From NCBI GenBank assembly GCA_033762115.1, contig JANRLX010000129.1:16638-80637 (forward strand): DNA of 64,000 nt, given 5' to 3'. The notes under the pieces were generated by a model. That model made no database searches. It was not told where the DNA came from and saw nothing but the letters and a program-made list of their open reading frames with translations. The first letter of the stretch is position 1. Each line of letters begins with the position of its first letter. Origin of the DNA: Verrucomicrobiota bacterium. GTDB taxonomy: Bacteria > Verrucomicrobiota > Verrucomicrobiia > Limisphaerales > SXQI01. Below, piece after piece: positions 1 through 9,742 of the stretch. Made by a program: the position numbers and the translations under genes.

Positions 1-103
1 CGTCCTGGACATATTTGAATTCGTTTCCGCCCATGTGAGGAACCGAGAGGAGAATCCGATGGGTGGATCTGACGGCAGGAGAAAGCGGGAGAGCGGTTTT
101 CAC
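1..103 (-). CDS. DegT/DnrJ/EryC1/StrS family sugar aminotransferase, N-terminus only (runs off the window)
   Basis: Manual translation from GTG at 103 gives VKTALPLSPAVRSTHRILLSVPHMGGNEFKYVQD, resembling the 'I.LS.PHMGG.E..YV' start of PglE/EpsN-type enzymes. GTGA overlap with the upstream stop. Confidence 0.75.
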   Translation of the reverse strand, partial: MKTALPLSPAVRSTHRILLSVPHMGGNEFKYVQD

Positions 104-720
104 GTTTGTTCTGATTTGCGCCTGGCGGGTTCAGGGCCGAGAAATTCCGGCATGGGAACCGATTCTGAAGAGTTGATTCCTTCGCGCAGAAAGACTTTGG
201 CGAAGGTTTTTAAAATGATACGAATATCCAGCCACAGGTTGTGGTTATCGACGTACCAGACGTCCAAGGCAAACTTTTCTTCCCATGAGAGCGCGTTGCG
301 GCCATTGATTTGTGCCCATCCGGTGATGCCGGGAGGAACTTCGTGGCGTCTGGCCTGTTCTGAAGTGTAGCGGGAGAGGTACTGCATCAGGAGGGGACGA
401 GGACCCACGAGACTCATTTCGCCGCGAATGACGTTCAACAGTTCCGGAAGTTCATCCAGGGAAGAGGAGCGGAGCCATTTTCCAAAAGGGGTGAGTCGTT
501 CGGCATCGGGAAGCAGTTCGCCAGAGGCATTGCGGGCGTTGGTCATGGAACGAAATTTGAACATCATGAATGGCTGATGGTTTTTCCCGGGCCTTTGTTG
601 CTGAAAAAGAACGGGAGTTCCGAGTTTTATTTTTACAAGGATGGCAACGAGGAGGAGCAGTGGAAACCAAAAGGGAAGGGAGATTGCAACCAGGAAAAGA
701 TCGAAAAATCGTTTAGCCAT
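100..720 (-). CDS. Priming sugar transferase (PglC/WcaJ-type phosphoglycosyl transferase)
   Basis: KRFFD start, FKFRSM, SSLDELPELLNV, GEMSLVGPRP, PGITGWAQINGRN motifs. Start trimmed to ATG at 720. Confidence 0.93.
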   Translation of the reverse strand: MAKRFFDLFLVAISLPFWFPLLLLVAILVKIKLGTPVLFQQQRPGKNHQPFMMFKFRSMTNARNASGELLPDAERLTPFGKWLRSSSLDELPELLNVIRGEMSLVGPRPLLMQYLSRYTSEQARRHEVPPGITGWAQINGRNALSWEEKFALDVWYVDNHNLWLDIRIILKTFAKVFLREGINSSESVPMPEFLGPEPARRKSEQT

Positions 721-721
721 G

Positions 722-1285
722 TTAATGGGCGATTGAACGAGGGGGAACTGAAGTGTGGTCCGGAAGTTCTGTCCCGGATGGAATGACAGCAGCAGCGCCG
801 AGCAGGGAGAAAGAGCCGAGTTTGGATCGGCCACCAACCACACTGGCAGGTGCGATATGGGAATGGGAGCCGATCCGTGCGTCGTGGTCAACGGAGCAAT
901 TCAGATTCAGAATGCAATTGTCCCCGATCAGGGCTTCTGTGTTGATGACAGATCCTGGGCAAAACACATTTCCGCGGCCAATTTTAACACTGCTGGAAAG
1001 GAAGGCATTGGGATCGATGAGATTGATGGGTTCGCCGCCGCGTGCGAGGAGGGCATTGAAAATACGGGCACGGGAGGAGTTGTCGCCAATGGCAACCAGG
1101 AACTGGAAGGAGGACAACTCCAGCCAGCGAGGATTGGAGGTGTTTACCAGGGGCACGTTGAGGAGATGAGGTTGAGTGGCGCGATCATCCACCGCAAGAG
1201 AAACGGTCAAACCGGAGCGACGGGCAATTTCAATGACGACGCGGCCATGACCGCCAGCGCCGAAAATGATGAGAGGTGGATTCAT
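722..1285 (-). CDS. PglD/NeuD family sugar acetyltransferase
   Basis: IIFGAGGHG N-terminus, VAIGDN, hexapeptide repeats with VDHD. Confidence 0.9.
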   Translation of the reverse strand: MNPPLIIFGAGGHGRVVIEIARRSGLTVSLAVDDRATQPHLLNVPLVNTSNPRWLELSSFQFLVAIGDNSSRARIFNALLARGGEPINLIDPNAFLSSSVKIGRGNVFCPGSVINTEALIGDNCILNLNCSVDHDARIGSHSHIAPASVVGGRSKLGSFSLLGAAAVIPSGTELPDHTSVPPRSIAH

Positions 1286-2505
1286 TCGGGCAGGACCTGG
1301 AGCAATGCTTCGTGCATACGCCGGGAGAGTTTGGCAAAATCATGATTCTCTTCAACATACTTTCGGGCACGAAGTCCCATTTCCCAGCGTTGGGAAAGAG
1401 GTAGAGAAGAGAGTTGCTTCATGGCGGCGATGATGCTTTGAGGATTTTCCGGCGGGACCGTGATTCCGGCATTGGCTTCCTGGATGGGATTATTCGAGCT
1501 GCGGATGCCAAAAATAATCGGACGGGAGCAGGCCATATAATCAAAAAGTTTATTAGGACTGACGCCATGTTGAAAGAGATCAACATCCTTGAGCATGGCA
1601 ATGAGAGCGTCCGCCTCCTGCATGACATTGAAGATTTGAGATTTTGGAACGGGATCACAAAATTCCACGTTGGTCAGCCCCTCAAGGCGAGCGCGCTCCT
1701 TCAAGGCAGGTTTGTTGGGACCGTCTCCGATTAAACGAAACCGTAATTTGGGATCGCCGGACTTGATCAAGGTTCCTGCTGCATCGAGGATAGTGTCCAA
1801 ACCATTTGCCAGGCCATGAGCCCCGGCATAAAGAACGGTGAAGGTTTCCCGTTCCACGGGCGGGCTGGATGGAGGGACCAGGTGAAGATCAATGCCATTT
1901 GGAATGGAAATTATGTGCTGGCGGATAGCGCCCTTTGCCACCATGTGGTCAGCAGATCCAGGCAGTAGCGTAAAAATGCGCCGTGCTTTGCGGTAAAGGC
2001 GCTTTTCCAGAACTGTCATGAGAAGCACCAACGGATGATGTCGTTTCATGTTTCCCAGCTGGATCAGGCTTTCAGGCCAAAGGTCACGGACCTCCATCAC
2101 AAAAGGTACGTGGCGGGAAGCGGCCAGTTTTTCAGCACCAGTGGCTGCAAACAGGTGGGGGCTGGAGCCGATGACGATGTCGGGAGAAGGCAATTGGCGG
2201 GTCTGTGAAGGGAGCAACCGCGCGAAACCGACCATGTTGCGGAGCCGGGAAAAAGAATTTCCGGTGTAAGGCGGAGTCCGAATCCATAAAAAAGGAACTC
2301 CTGCCACTTTTTCGAGAAGTGAATCCGAGCCCGGTTTGAGGCGAGTTTCTGATCGGGTGGTATGATCAAAACTGGAGGCGATCAGCGTCACGTCATGCCC
2401 GAGAGCAATTAATTCCCTGGCAAGAGTGTAATGGCGGGTACCGCCAGCCTGGGTTGGAGGAACGGCATAATGATTAACAAACCAAATCTTCATCCGGTCA
2501 TACAA
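1282..2505 (-). CDS. Glycosyltransferase family 4 (WbuB-like)
   Basis: EVRDLWPESL, YAGAHGLANGLD, SPNKLFDYMA motifs. Confidence 0.9.
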   Translation of the reverse strand: MYDRMKIWFVNHYAVPPTQAGGTRHYTLARELIALGHDVTLIASSFDHTTRSETRLKPGSDSLLEKVAGVPFLWIRTPPYTGNSFSRLRNMVGFARLLPSQTRQLPSPDIVIGSSPHLFAATGAEKLAASRHVPFVMEVRDLWPESLIQLGNMKRHHPLVLLMTVLEKRLYRKARRIFTLLPGSADHMVAKGAIRQHIISIPNGIDLHLVPPSSPPVERETFTVLYAGAHGLANGLDTILDAAGTLIKSGDPKLRFRLIGDGPNKPALKERARLEGLTNVEFCDPVPKSQIFNVMQEADALIAMLKDVDLFQHGVSPNKLFDYMACSRPIIFGIRSSNNPIQEANAGITVPPENPQSIIAAMKQLSSLPLSQRWEMGLRARKYVEENHDFAKLSRRMHEALLQVLPE

Positions 2506-3130
2506 TTACGGTTGCAGGGATGCCTGAGGCGAGACGGCCTTCCGGGATATCGTTCAGGGCAAGAGAGCAACCACTCAAACGAGACCAGGGTCCCATGGAC
2601 TTTCCTGGGGCAAGCACGGCATTCGATCCGAGAAAGGCGCCCTGGCCTACCTTGCAATAACCTGAAACACGAACGCCGGGGCAGAGTTGGGAAAAGGAAG
2701 CGATTTCGCTGTCGTGACCGATTGAGGCATGGACGTTAACGAGGGCAAATTCTCCCACTACAGCTCTGGAACCAATGGTTGAGCAGGGGGCAACATACGT
2801 TCCTGATCCAACACGAGCCGACGGACTGACGATGACGGCAGGATGAATCACTGTTAATGTTTTTTTCTCCGCGGCGATTAACCGAATGGCAAGATTCTGG
2901 CGGGCGGTATTATTTCCAATCGCCAGAAAAAAGAAGGAATGTTTCGGAGTGGAATGGATAAACTGGTCAACCGACCCAAGGCATTGGTAACCGTGGATTG
3001 GTTGGTTGTGGAAAGCCGGATTGTCGTCATACAGACCCCGGATAAGGAAAGGGAGATTGGAAGCATGAATCGCATCAATGACTTCCCCGGCATGTCCACC
3101 TGCTCCGATGATCCACAAATCTTCAGTCAT
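2498..3130 (-). CDS. PglD/NeuD family sugar acetyltransferase
   Basis: IIGAGGHA, LAIGNN, IGHD hexapeptide repeats, GIPA C-terminus. Confidence 0.9.
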   Translation of the reverse strand: MTEDLWIIGAGGHAGEVIDAIHASNLPFLIRGLYDDNPAFHNQPIHGYQCLGSVDQFIHSTPKHSFFFLAIGNNTARQNLAIRLIAAEKKTLTVIHPAVIVSPSARVGSGTYVAPCSTIGSRAVVGEFALVNVHASIGHDSEIASFSQLCPGVRVSGYCKVGQGAFLGSNAVLAPGKSMGPWSRLSGCSLALNDIPEGRLASGIPATVIV

Positions 3131-3178
3131 GCAGAGGGATTAAAAAATTGCATTGGATGATTTTTGGTTTAATGGAGG

Positions 3179-3193
3179 GCAACAGGCAAGCCA
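3179..3193 (-). promoter_or_regulatory. Putative sigma54 (-24/-12) promoter
   Basis: Minus strand TGGCTTGCCTGTTGC versus consensus TGGCACG-N4-TTGC, about 48 nt upstream of the ATG at 3130. Confidence 0.4.
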
Positions 3194-3206
3194 CCAGTTC
3201 ACGCAC

Positions 3207-4484
3207 TCAAGCATGAGCCTGACGAAGAGTGGAAGAGGTTTCTCCAGGGGTGAGGGTTTGAGGGAGAGGTTTTTTGGCCTGCACCGTTGGGGCAGAATCG
3301 ATCATCCCGAGAAAGATATAGAATAAATGGGAGATGTAGTGACTATCGAGCGTGTTGGTGCCCAGGCAGACGAGGCAAAAAGTGCCAATCAGCGCAACCC
3401 AGCCCAATCCTTGTTCTTTTTTCAAGGCCAATCGACAAGCGGTGAAGAGGATGAATAAAAAGAGGGCGAGCCCAAAGATCCCCAAATCTGCCATGATGCG
3501 CATAAAATTGGCATCCACTACCTGACCCATGCGCGCCAGTCCGGCGGAGTAAGCAGCGGAGGAAGTGCCACCAATGCCAACTCCCAGTGGAAACTCCTGA
3601 ATGTACTCGAGTCCGGGTGCGTAGCCACGGGCTGTAAAAGCTTCGCTCATTTCAGAGGTGGATCGTTGATAGACTGCTTCAAAAGTGCCGGTATAGCGTG
3701 AATCGAAAAGAAAAAGAGCAGCTAAAAGAAGCAGAAGAGTCACACTAGAAATCAATATTCGATAACTGATGTTTTCCCGCTTGAGAAAGAGGATGTAGCC
3801 CATTGCAAAAAGGGAGGCGAGCATCCCCCCGCGCTGCCGGGAAAGAGCAACGCTTAACAGGAGAATTGGCATGGCAATCGGAAGTACCTTTTTCCAGTTT
3901 GAGTTGAGTGTTGCCAGTACAAGGCTGCTGGCGCAGATGGTGCCGACTGCGGTGGAGCCAAAGTAGGATTGTAATCTTGAATAGGATTGCCATTCCTCCG
4001 AGACATTAAAATCAAATACGGTGGTCTCAAGGAATGCTGTATAAAAAGCGGGACGGTCATAGAATACCCAAAGGCCGAAGAGCAGGGCAAAAAGATTCAG
4101 GTAAAGGATGGCCCGGCGGAGTTTTTCCTGTTCCGGCAGGGCGAGCATTTTCACGGCAAAATAACAAAAAATGGGGAGGACGAAATAATGAACGCCATAG
4201 AAGTAGGCGTTGATGTCGCTTGGGTTGTTCGGCTGAAAATAAAGCAGGATAGAAAGAAGCGAATAGGCCCCAAAAGCAATCACGCTCCAATCGAGGACGG
4301 AGAAGCGATATTTCCCAATTTTTTGGCGACTGGGAAAATAAATCAACGTCATGAAAATCGGAATGAGAGTAAAGGTGTCCACCAGATAGACAGTGCGTCC
4401 TCCCGGCAATCTCCCGAATACATTGAGAATCGGCGCCATGTGGAGCATCACGACGAACAACAATAAAGCGTAATAATATCTCAT
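3207..4484 (-). CDS. Wzy/O-antigen ligase-like polytopic membrane protein
   Basis: About 10 hydrophobic segments, SRQRGG, PLGVGIGG, D..FMRIMADLGIFG; located in a glycan locus. Confidence 0.75.
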   Translation of the reverse strand: MRYYYALLLFVVMLHMAPILNVFGRLPGGRTVYLVDTFTLIPIFMTLIYFPSRQKIGKYRFSVLDWSVIAFGAYSLLSILLYFQPNNPSDINAYFYGVHYFVLPIFCYFAVKMLALPEQEKLRRAILYLNLFALLFGLWVFYDRPAFYTAFLETTVFDFNVSEEWQSYSRLQSYFGSTAVGTICASSLVLATLNSNWKKVLPIAMPILLLSVALSRQRGGMLASLFAMGYILFLKRENISYRILISSVTLLLLLAALFLFDSRYTGTFEAVYQRSTSEMSEAFTARGYAPGLEYIQEFPLGVGIGGTSSAAYSAGLARMGQVVDANFMRIMADLGIFGLALFLFILFTACRLALKKEQGLGWVALIGTFCLVCLGTNTLDSHYISHLFYIFLGMIDSAPTVQAKKPLPQTLTPGETSSTLRQAHA

Positions 4485-4644
4485 GCTTAAGCCGCGTTCA
4501 CTTGCAACGCATCCTTTTCCGGCAAACCGCCCGAAAGCTTGCCAGCATACAATCGTTCAGCTTTTCCGACAACCGTCAGATGATCCCGGATTGAGGTTTG
4601 GAATGAAAGCTTTTGGGATTTTTCCATTTTGATAAAGTTTGGAA

Positions 4645-5868
4645 ATGAACCGGCCATTGCTCATTTTTACCTTGCTGACCAGCACCCTGATGGCGGGGGA
4701 TTGGCCGCAATGGCGCGGCCCAGGGCGGGACGGGCATACGCAACAAGATCGGCTCCCGGCAATCCTGCCGGAGCAATTGAAGCCTGTCTGGAGCATTGAG
4801 ATCGGCCCCGGGTTTGCATCACCTGTTGTTGAAGGAGAGAAGCTGGTGCTGTTTGACGCGCAGAACCAAGAGGAGGTGGTGCGTTGCCTCGATGCGGCGA
4901 CCGGAAAGGAACGATGGCGCCAAAGGATTTCGGCAATGTATGAAGATGAATGGGGGGCAGGGCCAAGGAGCACCCCGTTTATTCACCGAAGGAAGGTTTA
5001 TGCACAATCATGCGACGGACATTTTGTGAGCCTGGATATTGATACTGGAGAGCGGATTTGGGAAGTGAGTTTCGAGAAGGATTTTGGAGTGAAATTCCTT
5101 GGTTACAAGGCGAACGAAGGGACTGCCACGAGGCGTGGGAACAATGGTTCAGGAATTGCGGATGGCGATGGAGTGCTGGTGCCTGTGGGGGGTAGAGACG
5201 GAAATTCAGTGGTGTGTTTTAATGAAAAAACGGGAGCTGTCGTATGGAAAAGCGGAAATGATGAAGCGGCTTACTCTTCACTGGTAATAGGAGAATTTGA
5301 GGGTGTGCGACAGGTTGTGGCCTTTATGGGGGATGCCCTGTCAGGATTTGATCGAACCACCGGTGAACAGTTGTGGCGCGTCCCGTTGCGAACCAATGCC
5401 AAGCGGCATGCAGCAACGCCGGTCATTCATCAGGGCCAAATTGTGGTGAATTCCCATACATTCGGGGTAATTGCTTTCAGGCCGGGAAGAGTGAATGGGA
5501 TTTGGGAGGTGAAACAGGCATGGGCCAATCCTGGATTAAAGATCAATCTCGCCACGCCAGTGCTGATTGGCGATGCATTTTACTCCCAAGGACCGATGAA
5601 AAACTTTGTCTGCTTTGATGCCAGAAATGGAGAAACGCTTTGGTCTCGCGCCGGGTTTGGAATGGATTACAGCTCGATCATCTCAGACGGCAGTAAAGGC
5701 GTGGGGCTGACTGATGCAGGCGAGTTGATTTTATTTCAGCCAGACCGGACTGCTTACAAGGAAATAAGCCGGGTGCAGGTTTGCGGGAAAAACTGGAGTT
5801 ATCCAGCCCTGGCAAATGGAATGATGTATCTCAGGGACCAAAAAAATCTTTTCTGCTACAGGTTCTGA
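4645..5868 (+). CDS. PQQ-like beta-propeller repeat protein (secreted)
   Basis: Signal peptide, DWPQWRGPGRDG, repeated LDAATGKERW-type blades. Confidence 0.88.
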   Translation: MNRPLLIFTLLTSTLMAGDWPQWRGPGRDGHTQQDRLPAILPEQLKPVWSIEIGPGFASPVVEGEKLVLFDAQNQEEVVRCLDAATGKERWRQRISAMYEDEWGAGPRSTPFIHRRKVYAQSCDGHFVSLDIDTGERIWEVSFEKDFGVKFLGYKANEGTATRRGNNGSGIADGDGVLVPVGGRDGNSVVCFNEKTGAVVWKSGNDEAAYSSLVIGEFEGVRQVVAFMGDALSGFDRTTGEQLWRVPLRTNAKRHAATPVIHQGQIVVNSHTFGVIAFRPGRVNGIWEVKQAWANPGLKINLATPVLIGDAFYSQGPMKNFVCFDARNGETLWSRAGFGMDYSSIISDGSKGVGLTDAGELILFQPDRTAYKEISRVQVCGKNWSYPALANGMMYLRDQKNLFCYRF

Positions 5869-7110
5869 CTATTCGACTCGATAAAGAGCTTTTTTGGTAC
5901 GGAGATAAAATGAATTACCGGAAACGGCGGGGGAGGCCATGAACCCTTCGGGCATATCATTTTGTGCGAGGATTTCAAAAGTGGGATTTGATTTGAGGAC
6001 GGTGATTTTACCCTGCTGGCTGAAAAAGTAAATTTTGCCATTGGCGTGAATGGGTGAAGCTGAATAATCGCCACCGATCCGCTCCTGGAATTGTTCCTTG
6101 CCGTTTCGGGCATCCAGACAGGTGACGATGCCACTGTCGCTAACCATGAAAAGATAATCGCCAACGATAATTGGAGAAGACATGGAAGGGGTTTGTTTTG
6201 GATATTTCCAAACGACTGCATCGGATGTCATATCACCATTTCCACCAGGTTTGACCGCCCAAAGTTCAGGTTTCATGAATCCAGTGCAAACAAAGACCAG
6301 CCCATGAGCGAAAAGGGGGCGAGGGACATTGGAGAAGCCCGGATAACGGACCTGCCACAATTCCTTACCGGTTGCGGGGTCGTAGGCGTAGAGGTGTTCT
6401 GCGGCAGGGCTGAGCATTTCCTGGCGGCCATCGACCGTGATGACCAGTGGAATACTGTAGGCTTTGCGCATGGAGGTGGGGGTGTTTTCGAGAGAGACTG
6501 AACGTTCGGTTTTCCATGCGAGGTTGCCATTTTTTTTGTGCAGGGCGGCAATGTATTGTGAATTAGTGCCATCACAATGAAGGATGAAGAAATCATTATG
6601 GAGAATAGGTGAACTTCCGGGGCCAACCTCATGCCCGAGAGAGAGCACCTGAGATTTCCAGGCAATCTTGCCGGTATCAGTGTCGATGGCCGCATTGCCA
6701 TAATTGCCGAAACTGAAGTAGGCGCGGCCTTTCTCCAGAACGGGTGTGGGAGATGCATAGCTATTGAGCGTATGCTTGAACTCAGGGGCTTCGACCGAGA
6801 ACAGTTCGATGTTGTGGAGGAGTTTGCCATTGTTTTTATCCACACAGAGGGCACGTAACGATTTTCCATCGTCAAGGGCTGTGGTCATCCAGATCTGGTT
6901 GTTGAAAATAACCGGAGAAGACCAGCCTTCACCAGGAAGTTCAGTGCGCCATTTGACCCGTTCCGTTTGAGAAAATGTGGTTGGAAGAGAAGTCGCTTCG
7001 GCGTGGCCCTGGCCGGTAGGCCCGCGAAATTCGGGCCAGTTGTGAGCGGTTAAGGTGACAGGAATGGCGGCGCAGGCGAGCAGAACCAAATAGTGAGGTT
7101 TTAAGATCAT
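5869..7110 (-). CDS. PQQ-like beta-propeller repeat protein (secreted)
   Basis: Signal peptide, NWPEFRGPTGQG, GWSSPV, AYDPATGKELW, YSASP. Confidence 0.88.
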   Translation of the reverse strand: MILKPHYLVLLACAAIPVTLTAHNWPEFRGPTGQGHAEATSLPTTFSQTERVKWRTELPGEGWSSPVIFNNQIWMTTALDDGKSLRALCVDKNNGKLLHNIELFSVEAPEFKHTLNSYASPTPVLEKGRAYFSFGNYGNAAIDTDTGKIAWKSQVLSLGHEVGPGSSPILHNDFFILHCDGTNSQYIAALHKKNGNLAWKTERSVSLENTPTSMRKAYSIPLVITVDGRQEMLSPAAEHLYAYDPATGKELWQVRYPGFSNVPRPLFAHGLVFVCTGFMKPELWAVKPGGNGDMTSDAVVWKYPKQTPSMSSPIIVGDYLFMVSDSGIVTCLDARNGKEQFQERIGGDYSASPIHANGKIYFFSQQGKITVLKSNPTFEILAQNDMPEGFMASPAVSGNSFYLRTKKALYRVE

Positions 7111-7112
7111 GA

Positions 7113-8180
7113 TCAAGCTTCGGCGATGATGATTGGGTGGCTTTTTAAATCGAGATTAAAAGTCAATCCGGTCCCGGGCTGATTACATTCCTTGCGAACG
7201 AATCCGAGAGCACGCGCTGATTTGCCGGGAAGGGCAGCGGCGCTGGTAATCCAACCGACCTCCTTATCTTCTTTCAGGAGACGAGTTCCTTTTGGGGGTA
7301 GTTGGAGGAGCGAATCCGGGAGAAGCATCATTCGCAACGATTTAGCGACCTGGCCGTAAGTGCGGATTCGGGCGATGACTTCCTGGCCGATGTAACAACC
7401 TTTATTGTAGCTGATCATTTCATGGGTGCGATTGCTTTCAGGGGCAAGGTTGGATTCATCAAGGTCCTGTCCAAAACGGGGGATTCCTGCCATGATCCGG
7501 CAGAGTTCCAATCCCCGCCAGCCGACGGGTAAACCTTTGAAGGGACGAATTACCTGAAGTAAATAATCCCAGGTTTGATTGCGACGCTCCGCAGGAACGA
7601 AAAGATCGAAACCGGGAACTTTTGTTCGTGGATGAGCCATGAGGTAACATTCACCCATGACAGGATGGTTTAATTTCAGGTGTTCGAGATACTTTTGAGG
7701 AAGGTTTGCTCCCAACGTGGTGAAAGCTTTTTCGGCTTCCGGCCCCTGAAGTGAAAAGAGGGCGTAATGTTCCGCGAGATTTGTGATCTGAACATCTTCA
7801 GCGATGATGTATTTTTCGAGACGTTCCTGAACCGTGGAGGAGTAACCTGGTTCAAAATCAAGGAGCAGTCCTTCCTCCATTTGATAAATGTAAAGGTCGC
7901 TCTGCATTTTGCCTTTGGCCGTGACGAGCGCCGCATAGCAGCCTTGCCCGTGATTCAGGCGGTTGATGTCATTGGTGACCTGGCCGTGAAGAAAACGTTT
8001 GGCATCCGTGCCGCTGAGAAAAAGACGGGAACGGCCGGAGAGATCGAGCAATCCTACAGTGTTAAGAAGATAATTCTCCGGATTTTCGCGGGACTCGGGG
8101 TAATCGAGGACAAACGGGAGACCATTGATCAATGTTGTGACGACCGACCGAGGGCCTGTTACAGAGAGAGAATCATTCAT
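7113..8180 (-). CDS. ygfZ: Folate-binding protein, YgfZ/GcvT family
   Basis: FLHGQVTND and the KGCYIGQE signature. Confidence 0.9.
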   Translation of the reverse strand: MNDSLSVTGPRSVVTTLINGLPFVLDYPESRENPENYLLNTVGLLDLSGRSRLFLSGTDAKRFLHGQVTNDINRLNHGQGCYAALVTAKGKMQSDLYIYQMEEGLLLDFEPGYSSTVQERLEKYIIAEDVQITNLAEHYALFSLQGPEAEKAFTTLGANLPQKYLEHLKLNHPVMGECYLMAHPRTKVPGFDLFVPAERRNQTWDYLLQVIRPFKGLPVGWRGLELCRIMAGIPRFGQDLDESNLAPESNRTHEMISYNKGCYIGQEVIARIRTYGQVAKSLRMMLLPDSLLQLPPKGTRLLKEDKEVGWITSAAALPGKSARALGFVRKECNQPGTGLTFNLDLKSHPIIIAEA

Positions 8181-8409
8181 GGTAATTCTTTCGCCATTTC
8201 AGACGGGCCGCCGCAGAATAAACAGCTCAAAAACCAACATGTGGAAGAAATGTATCGGAAAGGGACTCTTTTGTCAGGAGGTTTGCGCGTGATGGTTTCG
8301 GGGCTTGAAATAGAGTGTAAACGGCAGTTGCCTGGAAATATTGAGAGCATTGATGCGGGTTGCGCTTGTAGTGCCGGTGGGGGATGCAACAATGCGTGGC
8401 GCTGAATTT

Positions 8410-9735
8410 ATGAAGCAAGTGGGCTTTGAGATTATCATTCTTTTTCTGCTTCTCGTGGCGAACGGAGTGTTTGCTATGGCGGAGATTGCAGTCGTTTCCG
8501 CGAGGAAGGCCCGTTTGCGTCGTCTGGCCGAGCAGGGGAACGGAAAGGCCAGAGCAGCGCTGGATCTGGCGGAATCGCCGAATCGCTTTCTGGCGACAGT
8601 GCAGGTGGGGATTACGCTGGTGGGGATTTTTGCGGGGGCGCTCGGTGGCGCCACGCTGGCAGCAAAGCTTGCGCAGCCGATTGGGCAAATACCTGCCGTG
8701 GCGGCGTACGCAGACAAAATCGCTTTCGGTATCGTCGTCGCGCTCATTACTTATTTTTCGTTGGTGTTGGGTGAGCTTGTGCCGAAGCGGTTGGGATTGA
8801 GTAACCCGGAAGGGATTGCGATGGCGTTTGCCAAGCCGATGAACTGGCTTTCACGGCTGGCCAGTCCGCTGGTGACGTTTCTTAGCGTCTCAACAGAAGG
8901 GCTCCTGCGGGCGCTTGGTTTTAAACCTGAAAAGGGAGAGGTGATTTCAGCGGAAGAAGTGCAAGTATTAATGCAGGAAGGGGTGAGGGCGGGAGCGTTC
9001 AATAAAGCGGAAAGCGACATCATTCATAGCGCGCTTGAACTGGACCAGTTGCCGGTCAGGGAAATCATGACTCCCCGTCCAAAGGTGATCTGGGTGAACG
9101 AGGATGATTCACACGAGCAGATCTGGCACAAAATCGTGGTGAGCAATCATTCTTATTTTCCTGTTTACCGGGAAAACCGGGACAACACCGTGGGCATCGT
9201 TTCGGTGAAGGCGATTTATGCCAACCTCGCCGCGAATGTGGGAGTGAATCTCAAGGATCTGATGGTCCCTCCGCTGGTCGTGCCGGAGACTCAAACGGTG
9301 ATTCAGTTGGTGGAGACATTCAAGCAAAGCGGAAAACATATTGCGCTGGTGACGGATGAATTCGGGAACATAGTGGGTTTGGTCACGCTCAATGATGTGA
9401 TGGAAGCGATCGTGGGAGAGTTTCCGTCTCAGGGAGCGCGCGCCAGGCCGGAGGCAAAAAAGCGGGAAGATGGGTCATGGCTGATTGACGCGATGATTGA
9501 TCTGGAAGCGGTGGAAAAGGCATTGCCAGGTTTTAAATTTGGCGACGAAGCTTATACTGAGTATCAGACTCTGGCAGGATTTGTCGTTAAATTTTTGGGG
9601 CGAGTCCCCAAGGAAGGGGAAACCTTCGAGGTGCAGGGATATTTATTCGAGGTGTTGGACATGGACCGACATCGGGTGGACAAAATCCTGGTGATGTCCT
9701 CAAAAACAATCACGGGCCAATCAAAAACGCAATGA
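8410..9735 (+). CDS. Hemolysin family / CNNM (DUF21-CBS-CorC) transporter
   Basis: NGVFAMAEIAVVS, GELVPK, IMTPR, DEFG CBS pair, C-terminal TLAGF...DK. Confidence 0.92.
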   Translation: MKQVGFEIIILFLLLVANGVFAMAEIAVVSARKARLRRLAEQGNGKARAALDLAESPNRFLATVQVGITLVGIFAGALGGATLAAKLAQPIGQIPAVAAYADKIAFGIVVALITYFSLVLGELVPKRLGLSNPEGIAMAFAKPMNWLSRLASPLVTFLSVSTEGLLRALGFKPEKGEVISAEEVQVLMQEGVRAGAFNKAESDIIHSALELDQLPVREIMTPRPKVIWVNEDDSHEQIWHKIVVSNHSYFPVYRENRDNTVGIVSVKAIYANLAANVGVNLKDLMVPPLVVPETQTVIQLVETFKQSGKHIALVTDEFGNIVGLVTLNDVMEAIVGEFPSQGARARPEAKKREDGSWLIDAMIDLEAVEKALPGFKFGDEAYTEYQTLAGFVVKFLGRVPKEGETFEVQGYLFEVLDMDRHRVDKILVMSSKTITGQSKTQ

Positions 9736-9742
9736 TGCTACT

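Noticed and set aside
8181..8409. Possible metal-sensing riboswitch upstream of the CNNM/hemolysin gene
   Set aside because: No recognisable M-box or yybP-ykoY motifs by eye; an Rfam/Infernal scan would be needed.
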